The notes: a model not told the origin generated them from the letters alone. A stretch of 63,654 nt of DNA, filler included, from Pelomyxa schiedti (GCA_020536535.1; 10 parts of 10 records of this genome joined end to end with filler, not necessarily neighbours in it); one strand, 5' to 3'. Shown: positions 11,923 through 24,893, counted from the whole stretch's first letter. Translations and numbers: made by a program.

Positions 11923-13898
11923 TTATTGGAAACAATGAGCAAGTTCCAAATGCAATGTGACTGTACAGTCACAGATACCTCTGTCACACCCCACAAACCC
12001 AACAGGAAGGAGAGTGTTGGAGCTGCAAATAACAAAATACAAGTTGTGGAGAGAGCTCCCACAGGAACAAGTTTTTACCACATTGTTCAGTACACTGTGG
12101 CCCTGGTCCATACACAATCCAATGGCACCATTGGTCATCAAACAGTTCACTGTCCTGTTTCACTCTGTTCTCAAAATCAGGTAACAGAAGATGTAGTAAA
12201 TGGATGTTGTAAATAGTGATAAATCTAAAATGTTTTGACAATTGACACCAGGAGCTCTGGATTCTCATAGGCAACAAGTGACACACAGTCTTGTGACACA
12301 AACTGGGCTCCTGTGAGGAAGCAATGTGGGTAGTGCAGTGTTTCCACAAGCCGAACTTCCTGCTTCCAGTAAATCGGACTGAACAATGCCTCCTTTTAGA
12401 GAGGATACATACAGTTGGGAAGTTGGCCAAACTCCACACAAGTGCAAATGAGTCCTCTGATGCCGTAATAACCTATTGTTTCTTGGGTAGCAGTAGGAAA
12501 AGAGTTTATATTGTTTGCTTACCACTGGGAGTGATGGGTGGGCAGCAACCGCTGTAATGCAATGGGAATGGGCAGTGATTTCAACTTGCTTGGCTTTGGC
12601 ATGAAGGTTATAAACTCTCATGTGCCCTGAAAATACACAGACTAAAATCGCGGGAGTGCAGAAGGTGACACCTGTGCAAGGATTCCTGGTATAAATTGAG
12701 ATTGTAAAGGGCCAAACAAACAAACAAAGGAAACTCACCCAGTAGGTGGGAAAGAAACAACGGGATCAAACCCCAACCACAGTGAAATTGCCCCAGCTTC
12801 ATCAACACATACCCATTGCTTTTTTGTATTGCTATGGGCCATAGCACTTATGGCTGTGCATGGTGTCTGAGAATCACTCTCAGGTTTGGTTTGATTATCC
12901 TGAAGGGTGTTGATATGCTGAAAACTCTGCACATCTGTCACAAGGAACACAAACACAGAACCTGTCACAGAACCTGCAACGATTATGCAAGAAATGTGGA
13001 TTAAAAAATAACTTACCAACTAAGATGTGGTAGAGGTTATTCACAACTGTCACAGCAATCCCTCTTGCACATTGTCTCCTTCCAGGAGATGCTGTATGCA
13101 ACACAAAAAAGATGGGAGGGAGAAAAACAACAGGTCACCCATCTTTAAAATGTGAACACTCAAATTATAAGTAAGTTGAGAATGTATTTCCGCACCTGAT
13201 CGAAGGAATTGGGAAGTTAAAATTGCAAATAAATTGCCCACTTGCCTTGTCTTGGATACAAAACTATCACACACCAAGTCAGAATGATAAGCAGGGACTT
13301 TATTTTTAAATTTAAGCCAAACCAACAAAAACTAAAACAGCCAAAAAAAAAAAAAAAGAAAAACAAAAAGAACCGTTTACGTACTCCGATTTCCCCACAT
13401 GTGCAGTAGACCAGGGCCACGTGAGGCACGCACACCAGCTGCATACAGTACACCCCCTCCCTACCACTAGTGCTCCCCCTTGTATTAGTAGTCCCACCGC
13501 CACCCCCACCCCCAGGCACATCAGCCACAACAGGCAGCAGTTCGCCACACCACTAGTGCTGGTGCCCGTGCCCGTGCCCGTGCCCGTGCCCCGCGGTGAC
13601 ACAGACGCCGACCCCGACGTCGCCCGCTGGTGCTGCGGGAACCTGCGGAACAACCGAAGACACTGCTGCGCAGGTCGTCGTGGTGGTGGCGGAGGAGGAG
13701 GAGGAGGAGGAGGAGGAGGAGGAGGAGGAGGAGGAGGAGGAGGCAGGATCGGCCGCGTCGGCCGACGGAGGGGGCGACGGCGGCCAGCCGGGGTGCGGGA
13801 CGGCGGACAGGTTGTTGAGCACGAAGAAGGGGGTGGCGTCGAGCACCCCGCGAAGCCGATGGGGTAGCCGTAGTAGCGGCGCTGCTGTCCCCGTTCAT
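11923..13898 (-). CDS. WD40-repeat protein, WDR54-like (multi-exon; the ATG is out of frame with exon 1, so possibly a pseudogene)
   Basis: Motifs VLNNLSAV, CARGIAV..IVAGSVTGSVFVF, EITAHSHCITAVAAHP and VITASEDSFALVWSL occur in WDR54 order. Boundaries are approximate. Confidence 0.6.
13691..13742. repeat. (GGA)17 microsatellite encoding poly-Ser on the minus strand
   Basis: Read directly from the sequence. Confidence 0.95.
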
Positions 13899-14076
13899 TG
13901 TCGTGGATGTAGCCCCCTTTTTAAGTCTCGTGGTTACCGCCGCACTACTAGACGGTGGGCCCACCACCCCGGGTGTGGAATAAGGTTTACTGCTCCGCCC
14001 TCGACACTCAACGTGCTCTTCTCCTCCCCCAATCGGGAGTGATGATCTCATATCTATTGCGTTCCTGTCACTATCG

Positions 14077-14350
14077 ATGAGCACAAGGGGATACAAGCGG
14101 GGCGGGAGCAACAGCAGCAGCAGCAGCAGGGGGGCCACAGCAACAACAGGGAGGAGCGCGGACACGGCCACCGTCGCCACCACGATGCCAACTGGTACTG
14201 CTGCTACTAGTTCTGCATCGGCGTCGTCGTCGTCGACCGGCACCACGACGGACAATGTTGTTGTGCCGGGGAAGGTGGTTGGGAGCGGGGATGAGTACAC
14301 GGCAGGGGAGGGGACGTACATCAGGCGTGGTGTGATATACTCTGGATCCG
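14077..14350 (+). pseudogene. Exosome cap subunit (Csl4/Rrp4-type) N-terminal fragment
   Basis: VVVPGKVVGSGDEYTAGEGTYIRRGVIYS matches the exosome N-terminal domain pattern. No S1 domain follows. Confidence 0.55.
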
Positions 14351-14727
14351 GAGGCGAGACCCTTACCCTCTTTCGCGGCCTGCGCGTGCGTTGTTTGACA
14401 TCAAAACATCAGCACAGCACACCCGACGCACACAACGTGCGCCCCCCCGGCGGGGGGGTGGTGGTGGAGACGCGGTGTGGGGCTCGACAGCTGCCACACG
14501 ACGTGGACCACGACAGGCTGCCCGACACGTCGTACTCGTGCTGGTTGTGGCTGTTGGTGTACCCGCGCTGTCGTTCGTTTCTTTCGAAAGAAGAGAAGAG
14601 ATCTCCGTAACAAACTTCACATTCACAGAACAGTGATTCACAAACATTGGTGTTGTTGCGAACAACCAAGGCATAAATTATGGTGAACCTGGTGCAAGAC
14701 AAAAAAGGTGATTGGTTTAGGGGTGGG

Positions 14728-14945
14728 TTAGTGAGCAGCAGAGTCAGGGCGCATGAGCCACCACAGGGCAGTGAGCCACCTTGTGTCATCGTCGTCGGTG
14801 TCAGGAACCATGTCGTCCATCGTTAGTCCCTCGACGGCACTGACTGTGGCTTGTATGTGAAGCGGTGAGCTCATGGCAAGGTCCATCAGGCTCTCCTGGA
14901 CAAATTGGGGTGTCAAGTCCTCAGCAAACACACGAAGTAGCATCT
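14728..14945 (-). CDS. C-terminal end of an ankyrin-like lineage-specific family member
   Basis: LLRVFAEDLT..SPLHIQATV..GLTMDDM is paralogous to LLRVYPEMT..TPLHIETTM..GVTVQDV at 25673-25987. Confidence 0.6.
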
Positions 14946-15318
14946 NNNNNNNNNNNNNNNNNNNNNNNNNNNNNNNNNNNNNNNNNNNNTTAATTAATTA
15001 ANNNNNNNNNNNNNNNNNNNNNNNNNNNNNNNNNNNNNNNNNNNNGTGGCCACGAAACGCCTCATATAGCGACCGACGCCAAAAAATACACATTGCTTTT
15101 GAATATAAGAAGCAATTCCACAGCACAAAAACGATGCCCATGCAGTGGTCTGTAGGCAGGATTGGTGGAATCACTTTTGGAAGTGTTTGTAGGCAATTTG
15201 GACTCTCAGGCACCTCAGAGCCATCATCGATTTGATCAAATCTCTTATTTTTTTCCTCTTTTAATAAAAATTGAATGGGTAATTTTTTTCTCTTTTAAAA
15301 AAAATGACAGAAAAAAAG

Positions 15319-15409
15319 CTGGAGTAGTCTGTGGGAGTTGATCCCACGACCCCTGGTCGCCAGTGATATCGTCTGTAGCCAATAGTAATACCACTGCACC
15401 ACATCCTCG
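15319..15409 (-). ncRNA. Degenerate tRNA-like/SINE-like Pol III element
   Basis: A-box-like TGGTGCAGTGG, a T-arm GTGGG-ATCAACT-CCCAC and a downstream T-run. The acceptor stem does not pair. Confidence 0.4.
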
Positions 15410-15611
15410 ACAGCCACAACAAATGGGTCAGCATCCCACACAACATGGAGCCGGCTCCATGTTGTGTGGTTGCCTTTTTCTTTGTTGCGTCAGGGGTAAA
15501 AATAGACGCCGATCTTCGGTGCTTTTGATAAATTGAACGGAACAGTAAAAGGGGAAAAGAGCAACAATTGTAGGAATCAACAGCTTAGTGTTGTGGTAGT
15601 GCCGTAGCGCA

Positions 15612-17704
15612 ATGCAAATGAAGCCAGAGCGACGACGTCAGGAAAAGTACCGAGAGGGAAACCAAGGCTATGGAAATAATAATAGCCACCGCACGGCGCC
15701 TACATCCTCCGCGTCGTCGCACACAGATCTCCACCAAGATCTAAGCAGACAGGCTCTATGTGTTACTGGTACTGCTGCCAAAGGCGTCTCCCCCGTGCCT
15801 ACTACGTCCGTGTTGTCAAACTTCGAGTGCGAAACTCCGGCACCACCTCCCCCACAACCAATTTCTTTTCCGCTGTTAGGAGCCGTCCCTACGTGCTGCA
15901 GCACCGACGCTTCGTCTGGCGTGCCTCTCGGCGTGGTACAAAGCCAAGGAGCTTTGTTGGCACCTGCGATGCAATTGCAATTGCAAATGCAAATGCCGCA
16001 ACAGTCTATTCTGCTTCCTCAAGACAGAGACGTTCCCGACCAAACAGTGAAACCCACCAGAGGGAGGATTACTTTCGCACCTGAGTCTATTCTTCTTCAA
16101 TCAGCTTCTTTGCTACAGACTTACATTCCACAGGTGCGACTCCCCTTGATGTCTTGGAGATATGGCATTATCAGATAAGAAGCCTCTGGTGTCTAGCTGC
16201 ACCTTGCCAATACCATGGGCAAAAAGCACTTGCACCTCTGATGGATGGCAACACAAAAGATGCCCCTGCCAATCAAAAATTGTGAAGTAAAACAAGCACT
16301 TGTTTATCTGGGATTTTCTAAACAAGCATCAGGTAACTTGGACAACAGCCCTGACTGTGCGGAGGTCCTGAAGAAGGAAGTGTGATGTATTCTCTGTTGT
16401 GACAACCGGCTTTTTGTTTTTTTTTTTGCGTTTCTACGAAAGGTATCTCGACCTTCGTTATGTCGTCGGCTGCAGCTTGTACTCCGACGTTCTCGCGATT
16501 GGAACAATTGGCGTCGCTTATAGCGGCTGCGTGTGACGAAGAATGTGATGCGGCGCTGGCGCGTGACGANNNNNNNNNNNNNNNNNNNNNNNNNNNNNNN
16601 NNNNNNNNNNNNNNNNNNNNNNNNNNNNNNNNNNNNNNNNNNNNNNNNNNNNNNNNNNNNNNNNNNNNNAATTTCTTTTCCGCTGTTAGGAGCCGTCCCT
16701 ACGTGCTGCAGCACCGACGCTTCGTCTGGCGTGCCTCTCGGCGTGGTACAAAGCCAAGGAGCTTTGTTGGCACCTGCGATGCAATTGCAAATGCAAATGC
16801 CGCAACAGTCTATTCTGCTTCCTCAAGACAGAGACGTTCCCATACCCACACTACCGGCTGCACAGTTGACGTACCCGGTAAATCACTTCGTTCCTGCACC
16901 ACCAATCACAGATAGTTTTACCCGTCACGAGGTGTGTTTCTACCCAACAGTTGACTTTTACGCCAACACAGTATAGGTACCATGGAACATGCCGTTGGAT
17001 ACTCAAATCCAAGGACTGCAGGAGGATCCTTCAAGGGAAGATGTGGTGGCCTGTAATGGTCACTCGCGGCGAAAAAGAAGGAAGCAAGCTCCTCCCTCTG
17101 AACAGGATCAGTACCACAGACATTTACAAATGCAATTACTTCAACAGCAACAGTTGCTACTGCAACAACAAAAGAAACATCAAAAGCAATTGCAGGAGCA
17201 GTATCTCCGTCAGCAATTGCAACTTCAACAGCAACCACAACACCAAATCCCTTCAATCCAACAACCACCCACACAAGAGCAGAATGATATTCAGGATGCT
17301 GAAGTGACCTGTCATCAACGTTCAAAACCAATAAACATTCCTCAAACTTGTGAAGCATCCACTACACATGACTGTTACAGTGACTCAGATGGCCACACTT
17401 CTGGAACTGATTCTTTTTCTGACAGCCCAGAAGAAAGTAAGTGCTTTTTTACATTGACTTTGTATTGTGCATTGCAGAGCTTGTTAAAACCTTGGCCATA
17501 ACATTCCACAGGACAGTGGTTTCCTACTGGACATTCTGCGAGCACGGCTTCCTCACAACATACTCACCGAAAATATTCACAAGGAAACACCCTCAGCACA
17601 AGGCGGTCATTAAGACACACCTTTGATGCACAATCTTCCCTGCCTTCCTGGTGTGGTCAGGAAAACGTAAAACGTCAACTTGAAGACTATGTGAAGGTGA
17701 TCGG
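15612..17704 (+). CDS. Gln/Pro-rich hypothetical protein (transcription-regulator-like), interrupted by a gap and a duplication
   Basis: Poly-Q ORFs at 15612-16178 and 16989-17501, a basic RRKRRK motif and GT-AG introns. 15860-16037 is repeated at 16670-16841. Confidence 0.45.
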
Positions 17705-17804
17705 NNNNNNNNNNNNNNNNNNNNNNNNNNNNNNNNNNNNNNNNNNNNTTAATTAATTAANNNNNNNNNNNNNNNNNNNNNNNNNNNNNNNNNNNNNNNN
17801 NNNN

Positions 17805-19642
17805 AACTCCATTTCAGTGTACAACTCCCACAGAATTAATCCAAGAGAGTATCTGGAAAAAGGTGAAGGGAGGAAGAATTAAAGGAGGTCTCACATATCG
17901 TACGCTTTTGAAACAAGTGCGGAGCTGTAATTTTCCGGGGGCATGTATTGCCCTAAGAGATAGTTTGCATTATTGCTCAAAGGAGAAAGAGTGAGCCGAG
18001 ACAAACATGTTCCAATGTTGGGGTTCGATGCCACAGGACCATTGGCCAAGCTGCATGAACAACCCCAGTCAGAAACCTGTTTTTTTTGTTTGTTAAATCG
18101 ATTAAAAGGTAAAAAACCTTGACATTCCCTTTCCTATCGAGAAGAATATTAGCCGGTTTTAAATCTCTGATGAGAGTTGTTTAATTTCATGAAATGCCCA
18201 ATGATATGTTATATAAACCTCTGAACAATATCTCTCCTGTGAGTGTGATCAAGGCCAGATACCTGTGGTGAAATGGGTAAATGAAGAGGAAAGAAGGAGG
18301 GTCCATACCACTTGAAGAGCAATATCAAGTTTTCTGCAGAGTAGCATGCTCCCTCGCATCTCCTCTGGGACGCTCCAGGGCTGGTGGATTAAAAGGTCCA
18401 GGTTTGTATCCATGCACTCCATAACAAGAAGTGCATGGCCATCTCCACTGACTGAGCAGCCTGTTTTGAGGTTAACTTCGTGTCAATGACGAAGATGGGT
18501 ACCCATCAGTAACACAATATTGGGGTGACGCAACATTCTAGAATTGAGTCAACTAAATGATGAAGGGAATTACACGGGAAGTGCCTTAAAATACTGATTT
18601 CTTGTATGAAGCCGGCCACTTCTTTGTGCTCTTTGACTGCCACATTTGTTACTCCAAGCGATTCTAAAAAAGAATAAGGAGCCATGATCTTAAGTCACAC
18701 TTTGTACTCACCAGTATACACTGTAGAATATGCACCCGCCCCTAAGAAACCTCTGCCATGGGGATTAGGTAGTGACTCTGGTTGTATCCACAAGTCTCGG
18801 TACAAATCCTGAAGCTGTTGGGATAGATTTTGTGGTTGCACTTGCATTTGAATTTGCTGCTGTTGTCCTTGTATATTCTGATCTCTTTGGTGTTGTTGGG
18901 TTTGCATTTGCTTCTGCAGTGGTTGTGGTTGTGGTTGCAGTGCCGGTGGCGGTAGCTGGGCTGTTGGTTGCTGTTGTGGTCCAAGGGTTGTTTTGGGCAC
19001 CTTTGAACCAATTTTACTTGGTGTTTGCTGTTTGCATTTTGGCTTCAACCACATTGTGTAGGTTTTTCCATCTTTGTCTCTTATAGTCAATGGGTGCCCA
19101 GTAACACTTGCAACAGCAACAGACCCCGCTTTGTGGAACTGTAGGTACCTCTTACCCTTCTTGACAGACATAGTACATGTGTTCCTTAAGATTAATTGGA
19201 GTTACAAAAAGGGAACAAGTTTCAGAATATAATAATAACAACAACATAAAACAGTAAAACACAGGTACATTCTGCGTGGTTTTTTTCCCATCCTCTGTGT
19301 GAGTGCCTTCCATATCACCTTGCACTCCACCTCCTTCGGTACACCCATGATTCTGAATTCCAGGGTCCCCTCCTCCTCATTTGATGGTGACGGCGGAGTT
19401 GTAGTTGTTGTGCACGTTGTCGTTGCAGTTGCGTTTGCGTTTGCGTTTGCGTTTGCGTTTGCGTTTGCGTTTGCGTTTGCGTTTGCGTATGCGGTTGGCG
19501 GTGGAACAGGCCGCGTGCTTTGGGTGTTGCCGGTAAACAGCTGGGGCACGTGCTGGTCCTCAGGCGATGATAACGACGACCAAGACGAACCCTCCACGCA
19601 CCGTCTGTCCATCACCCCCGGTATTTGTTTCGTTACAGACAA
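17805..19642 (-). CDS. TKL-like protein kinase, multi-exon, 3'-truncated
   Basis: LGAGAYSTVY, VAVK, LRHPNIVLL, LVMECM, IVQRDLKPANILL and VKVSDWGL across GT-AG introns. The N-terminus has an (AN)n repeat and a Q-rich linker. Confidence 0.85.
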
Positions 19643-21098
19643 AACTGGGGTTTGAGGTCAAACTCACCCTACACCACTAACGCATAGGTCAAAAAACCGC
19701 CACAAAACGTGTCATATTTGGCACATCTATTCGTTCGCTCTACGTAACCAACAACCAAACAAACCACAGCTCTGAAAAAAAATTTTGCATCACAAGTAAA
19801 AGCATCACAGCCGCTTTCCCAGGTCATGAGTGGATCAAGCTGCAAGAGAAGAAGAGTCCCCGTTGAACTTGTTGTTGGTTGTTGAGTGGTTGTTGACCCC
19901 TGATGCATGCATGCATGAATGATGATGATGATCCCAACCAAGCAAGAAGCTAGCTCGCTGTGCTGTGTTGCCTCCCAATAGCGCCGCTGTCAGCCGGTCC
20001 TGTGGAGAAAGGGCACAATACAGCCACGGTTTGGCTTTTTACACCAAACCGCAGCAATCTAGGCCCTTCGCCAACTCCATAATATAGCAAGCAGCCTGCC
20101 TAGCCCCCCAATAGAGTATAGTAATAGCGCCAGAAGTCTCAGCGTTGCAGCAGTGGGGGGTGGGTATCTGAGAGTGGTGTGGTTAGAAAGAGCATTCAAT
20201 TCGTAAAAGGGTGGAAATAAACTGCGAGTTGTGAACGCGTGTATTGTTTTGGGGAGATGTGGATGGATAAAAACTGTACGGAAAAAAACGACAACCTTGT
20301 GGTTATGACAGTGCACTTGTCACGGTAGATCTGCCGTGTCTCTGTTTGTTTAAAAAAATGAAAGTTGGTTAATTATGAATTGTTAAAAAGCCATGAAATT
20401 TCGTGGGGAGAATGCAACTGCACTTATGCGGTAGTTATCTGGCGCTATGACCGAGGAACTACAGTGAGCCAGTGTTGTAGTTGCAGATCTCAGAGTCACC
20501 AAGTGTAAGATCTACAAGGTCCAAATGTCAGATCCAGATGCAAACACGATGATGCCAGGAGAAGTGCGCGGAAAAATTTCGTTTGGATGTTGGTGGGCCG
20601 TGATGCAGTCGCGGTGCCACGTACTGGGGGGCACATCCCACAAGTCGTGGGCTTTTCGGTGCCACTGGATTATGCTGTTATGGGTGTTTGCATTTTTCTG
20701 AATTGGTTGATCCTTGTTGTTTGTCCACTGTGTCGGACGACTGCCTTGCCATGGTGGCAAGAATCAATCAGAACCAAGGAACCAACACACACGGCTGTTG
20801 GTGTGATAACTCACTCAACACATCGCTGTCTCGCCGTACTTATGGGTAATGCCACATTAATGTACACCAAAAAAAAGTGACGAGGAGACCAGCCGCTGTC
20901 CTGGTTGGTTTTTTCGTTGGAACGGTTTCTCATCAATTTCAGAGACAAGTTGGGAGTCCCAACTTCCATCCGATCAGTCTCGTTCCAAGGCCCTGGGTAC
21001 ATCGATGTTAACACAGCATCGTTCTGTGACTTCTTTAGTAAATCACTTTCAAGAGTTTGTTGCCACTGTATTTCTCTTTCTCCTTTGAGTTGACCCAC

Positions 21099-22134
21099 AT
21101 GTCAACACCAACAATGCCGCGGGCTCATGGGACACTTCGAGCCATCGACCAATTTGTTGCCCTGTGCTTTGTGTCTCACCCAAGGTGCGGTTGGTCCCGG
21201 TCTTCCACGAGCTCGTCATCGTCCCACAATCAAATCCCATCCCATCATCGCCCTCAGAGGCAATAAATGCAGTGAGGTTGGTGTGGGAGTTGGTCGCGGA
21301 CACTCGCCGACTGTTTGCCGTCGGGCCTTATAGCCTCCCGCAATACTGGCTGATCAAGTTCGAGGTGTCACCACTCGTTATGGGAATCATTGGTGATCCC
21401 GTGAGCGGATTTGAGACCGATTTATGGGAAGAGAAGATGCTGGGGGTGTCAATTGGGAGGCTGGCGGACAGGGATCCTGGTGCCACCTCTGTTGTTGTCA
21501 GGCTTGGTTACTCTGCTGTGACTCACGAAGTGGATTGGGTTCTATTCGACAAGTCGGCAGTGAATGAGGTTGTTGCCGTGGTGAGGAATCGCTGGGAAGA
21601 TGAGAAACATGTGTTTGTGGTGATTGATGTTGAGAAGTCATTCTGTTCCCAGTCATTGTGTGTGTTGAGTGAAACGAGCGTGGAGTTGGAAGAAAGGGAA
21701 CTCTGGAGCATTTTGATGTACAGAAAAGCCGGTTGCAGGTGTTTCATTGGGAGAGCGACAGCCATGCTGGGGACAACACCTTATTGTGTTAAGTTTTCGG
21801 AAGACGACCCCGAGGTGATAGTTCTGCCACAGACACAGAACGTGAAGACAGTCTCCCAATTGAGTTCACATCTGTTTGCTGTTGTGACAACACCACAAAT
21901 TGGCTGTGTGACATCTGGGACTGCAACGAATTGACGGGGCCCCTTGTGAGAGTTCAGAAACCCAGTGGGCACATCAGTGTCCACACAGAAGCCGAGGCTG
22001 GGTTGGTGTTTTCACTTGGGGATGACGAATTGATTGTGGTGGAACCACTCACAGGCCGCACTGTTCTCAGTGTCACTCTCTCTTCTTCTAAAGGGCACCC
22101 CTATGAACTTGCTCATCCTTTCTGTTTTCCTTGA
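21099..22134 (+). pseudogene. HxRCG-family gene, tandem copy 1 (two frameshifts, internal deletion)
   Basis: RAIDQFVALCFVSHPRCG ... DIWDCN ... EAEAGLVF..VVEPLTG; aligns with copies 2 and 3. Confidence 0.7.
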
Positions 22135-22395
22135 TTCCCTTTTACTTTTCGAATGAGGGTAATTTTTTTGAAACTATTCTAAAACTCCTTTCCACATCCC
22201 TTCAGTCACACCACCAACTTGATTCTCCTAACTCTGATCATACAACCGGGTTCGGAGAAACATTCCAACAGAACCTGTCAGATAAGCGCTTGTCCCCCAT
22301 TTGGAGCACACCCCCCTCGAATTTCCTTTCTTCTGTAAGGCAGGGGCCATTTTTTTTTTTTTTTTGATGTACAGTTTTCTCATAAGTCCACGACG

Positions 22396-23449
22396 ATGAC
22401 GACCCCGAACGAACCAATGCCATGGGCTCATGGGACACTCCGAGCCATCGACCAATTTGTTTCGCTGTGCTTTGTGTCGCACCCAAGGTGCGGTTGGTCT
22501 CGTTCCTCCTCCTCCCACAATCAACTCGCGTCGTCGTCATCATCATCGTCAGAGGCAATAAACGCGGTGAGGTTGGTGTGGGAGCTGGTCAAGCAAACTC
22601 GCCGACAGTTCGCCGTCGGGCCTTCTTGCATTCCTTCACGTTATCTTTACTTGCTGCTCAAGTTCGATGTGTCACCACTTGTTCTGGGAATCCTCGGTGA
22701 TCCCGCCCTCACAACTGATGCCTGGGCATCGCAGCGTTGGAGAAATGCGCGTGCATCAGAGTGGGTTGACAACAGGAGGCGCCTGCTGCCCCGCTATGAG
22801 CTCCATGACTTGGTCACTGGCGAAGAGGTGGCAGTCTTTCCGAGGAGCATCATGCCGTCGGAACACGTTCTTGTGCACGCGGTGAATCGCGAGTGGTTTG
22901 TGGCGAGTGGACATGAAAGCGATGAGTGGGAAGGAAACAGGCTGAGAGTCTCAATTGGGAGGCTGGCTGACAGGAAGCCTGGTGTCACATCTGTTGCTGT
23001 TAAGGATTGGTTACTCTGCCAGCGGTAACAAAGTAGATGCGATCTTCTTCAACAACAGGTGTTTCATTGGGATAGCCAGGCTGGGGACAACACCTTATTG
23101 TGTCCAGTTCTCAGAAGATAACCCCAAAGTGATATTTCTGCCACAAACAAAGAATGTGAATACAGTCTCCCGACTGAGTTCACATCTGTTTGCTGTTGTG
23201 ACCGACACCAGAAATTGGCTGTGCGACATCTGGGACTGCAACGAATGGACGGGGCCCCTCGTGAGAGTCCAAAACCCCAGTGGGCACATCAGTGTCCACA
23301 CAGAAGCCGAGGCTGGGTTGGTGTTTTCGCTTGGTGGTGACGAACTGATGGTGGTGGAACCACTCACAGGCTGCAATGTGCTCAGTGTCACTCTCCCTTC
23401 TTCTGAAGGGCGCCGCTATGAACTTGCTCATCCTTTCTGTTTTCCTTGA
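22396..23449 (+). pseudogene. HxRCG-family gene, tandem copy 2 (frameshift at ~23003, internal deletion)
   Basis: Same N- and C-terminal motifs split between ORFs 22396-23028 and 22955-23449. Confidence 0.7.
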
Positions 23450-23514
23450 TTCCCTAAGTAACGATGTACTTTCCTTCGCGGAACTGGTTCCAACAACACC
23501 GAACCAGTTTGGTG

Positions 23515-24733
23515 ATGGCTTCGACGAAAGACAGACCGTCACCAACAGCTCATGGGACACTTCGAGCCATCGATCAATTTCTTTCGCTGTGCGTTGTGTC
23601 GCACCCAAGGTGCGGTTGGTCCTCGTCTTCATCGTCCCACAATCAAAGCGCACCACCATCGTCGTCCGAGGCTATAAATGCAGTGAGGTTGGTGTGGGAG
23701 TTTGTCATGGACACTCACTGACGGTTTGCAGTCGGGCCGTATTGCCTTACCGAGGGTATTTACTGGCTGATCAAGTTTGATGTGTCACCGCTTGTTATGG
23801 GAATCATCGGCGATGGTCCGGTGGTCACATTTGACGACTGGAGGGCAAAGCATTGGAGAGAGGGGTGTGCATCAGAGTGGGTCGACGACCGGCGGCGCAT
23901 GCTCCCGCTTTGCATGTTGCATGACTTGGCAACTGGCGACGAGCTGTCACTCCTGCCAAGGGTTCTGGGCCCGCAAAAAAGCAATCCTGTGCACGCGGTG
24001 AATCACGTGTGGTTTGTGGCGAGTGGATTTGGAAGCGATTTCGAGGAAGGAAAGATGCTGGGGGTGTCAATTGGGAGGCTGGCGGACAGGGATTCTGGTG
24101 CCACCTCTGTTGTTGTCAGGCTTGGTTACCCTGCCGTGACTCACGAAGTGGATGGGGTATTCTTCAATCGGTCGGCGGTGAATGAGGTTGTTGCTGTGGT
24201 GAAGAATCGGAATTCACAGGGGAAATGTGTGTTTGTGGTGATTGATGTTGAGAGGTCATTCAGTTCCCAGTCACTGTGTGTGTTGAGTGAAACAAGTGTC
24301 GAGTTGGATAGAGGGGGTTACATCCTGAGCTATTCCGTTATTCTGCTGTATGGAGCCTGTTCAAGGAGTTTCTTTGCCAAGGCGGTGATCAGTTACGGGT
24401 TTCACTGCATCCAGTTTTCAGAGAGTTGTGGTTCTGCCGCAAACTCCCAGGTGGTGGTTCTGCCGCAAACAATGAACGCAAAGAGAGTGTCACCATTGAC
24501 TTCACATCTGTTTGCTGTTACGCATTTTCTAAGAGGCACAAACTTTCTGTGTGACATCTGGGACTGCAACATATTGACAGGGCCACTTGCCAGAGTTCAA
24601 CAACCACTTCACCACATCGAAGTGGATTCAGGGCTTTTGTTTTCCCTTTACGGCAATGAAGTGATGGTGATGGAACCACTCACAGGGTTCATTGTGTTCC
24701 GTGTCACTCTCCCATCGACACCATGCAATGAGC
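23515..24733 (+). pseudogene. HxRCG-family gene, tandem copy 3 (in-frame TGA at 23719-23721)
   Basis: RAIDQFLSLCVVSHPRCG ... DTH*RFAVGP, then ORF 23782-24733 with DIWDCN. The start is approximate. Confidence 0.7.
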
Positions 24734-24893
24734 NNNNNNNNNNNNNNNNNNNNNNNNNNNNNNNNNNNNNNNNNNNNTTAATTAATTAANNNNNNNNNNN
24801 NNNNNNNNNNNNNNNNNNNNNNNNNNNNNNNNNGTTTTTTTTTTTTTTTTTTTTTGTTTACCTGAGTGAACAATATTGTTTTTTTCCCTGAAT

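Noticed and set aside
15860-16841. ~175-bp duplication on either side of a 100-N gap
   Set aside because: It abuts a scaffold gap and is most simply a haplotype or scaffolding overlap.
19430-19490. (GCGTTT)n as a telomere-like repeat
   Set aside because: It lies within a kinase exon and encodes (Ala-Asn)n.
20900-21070. Minus-strand DRMEVGTPNLSLKL, faintly like a dynamin middle domain
   Set aside because: Too short, with no GTPase motifs nearby.
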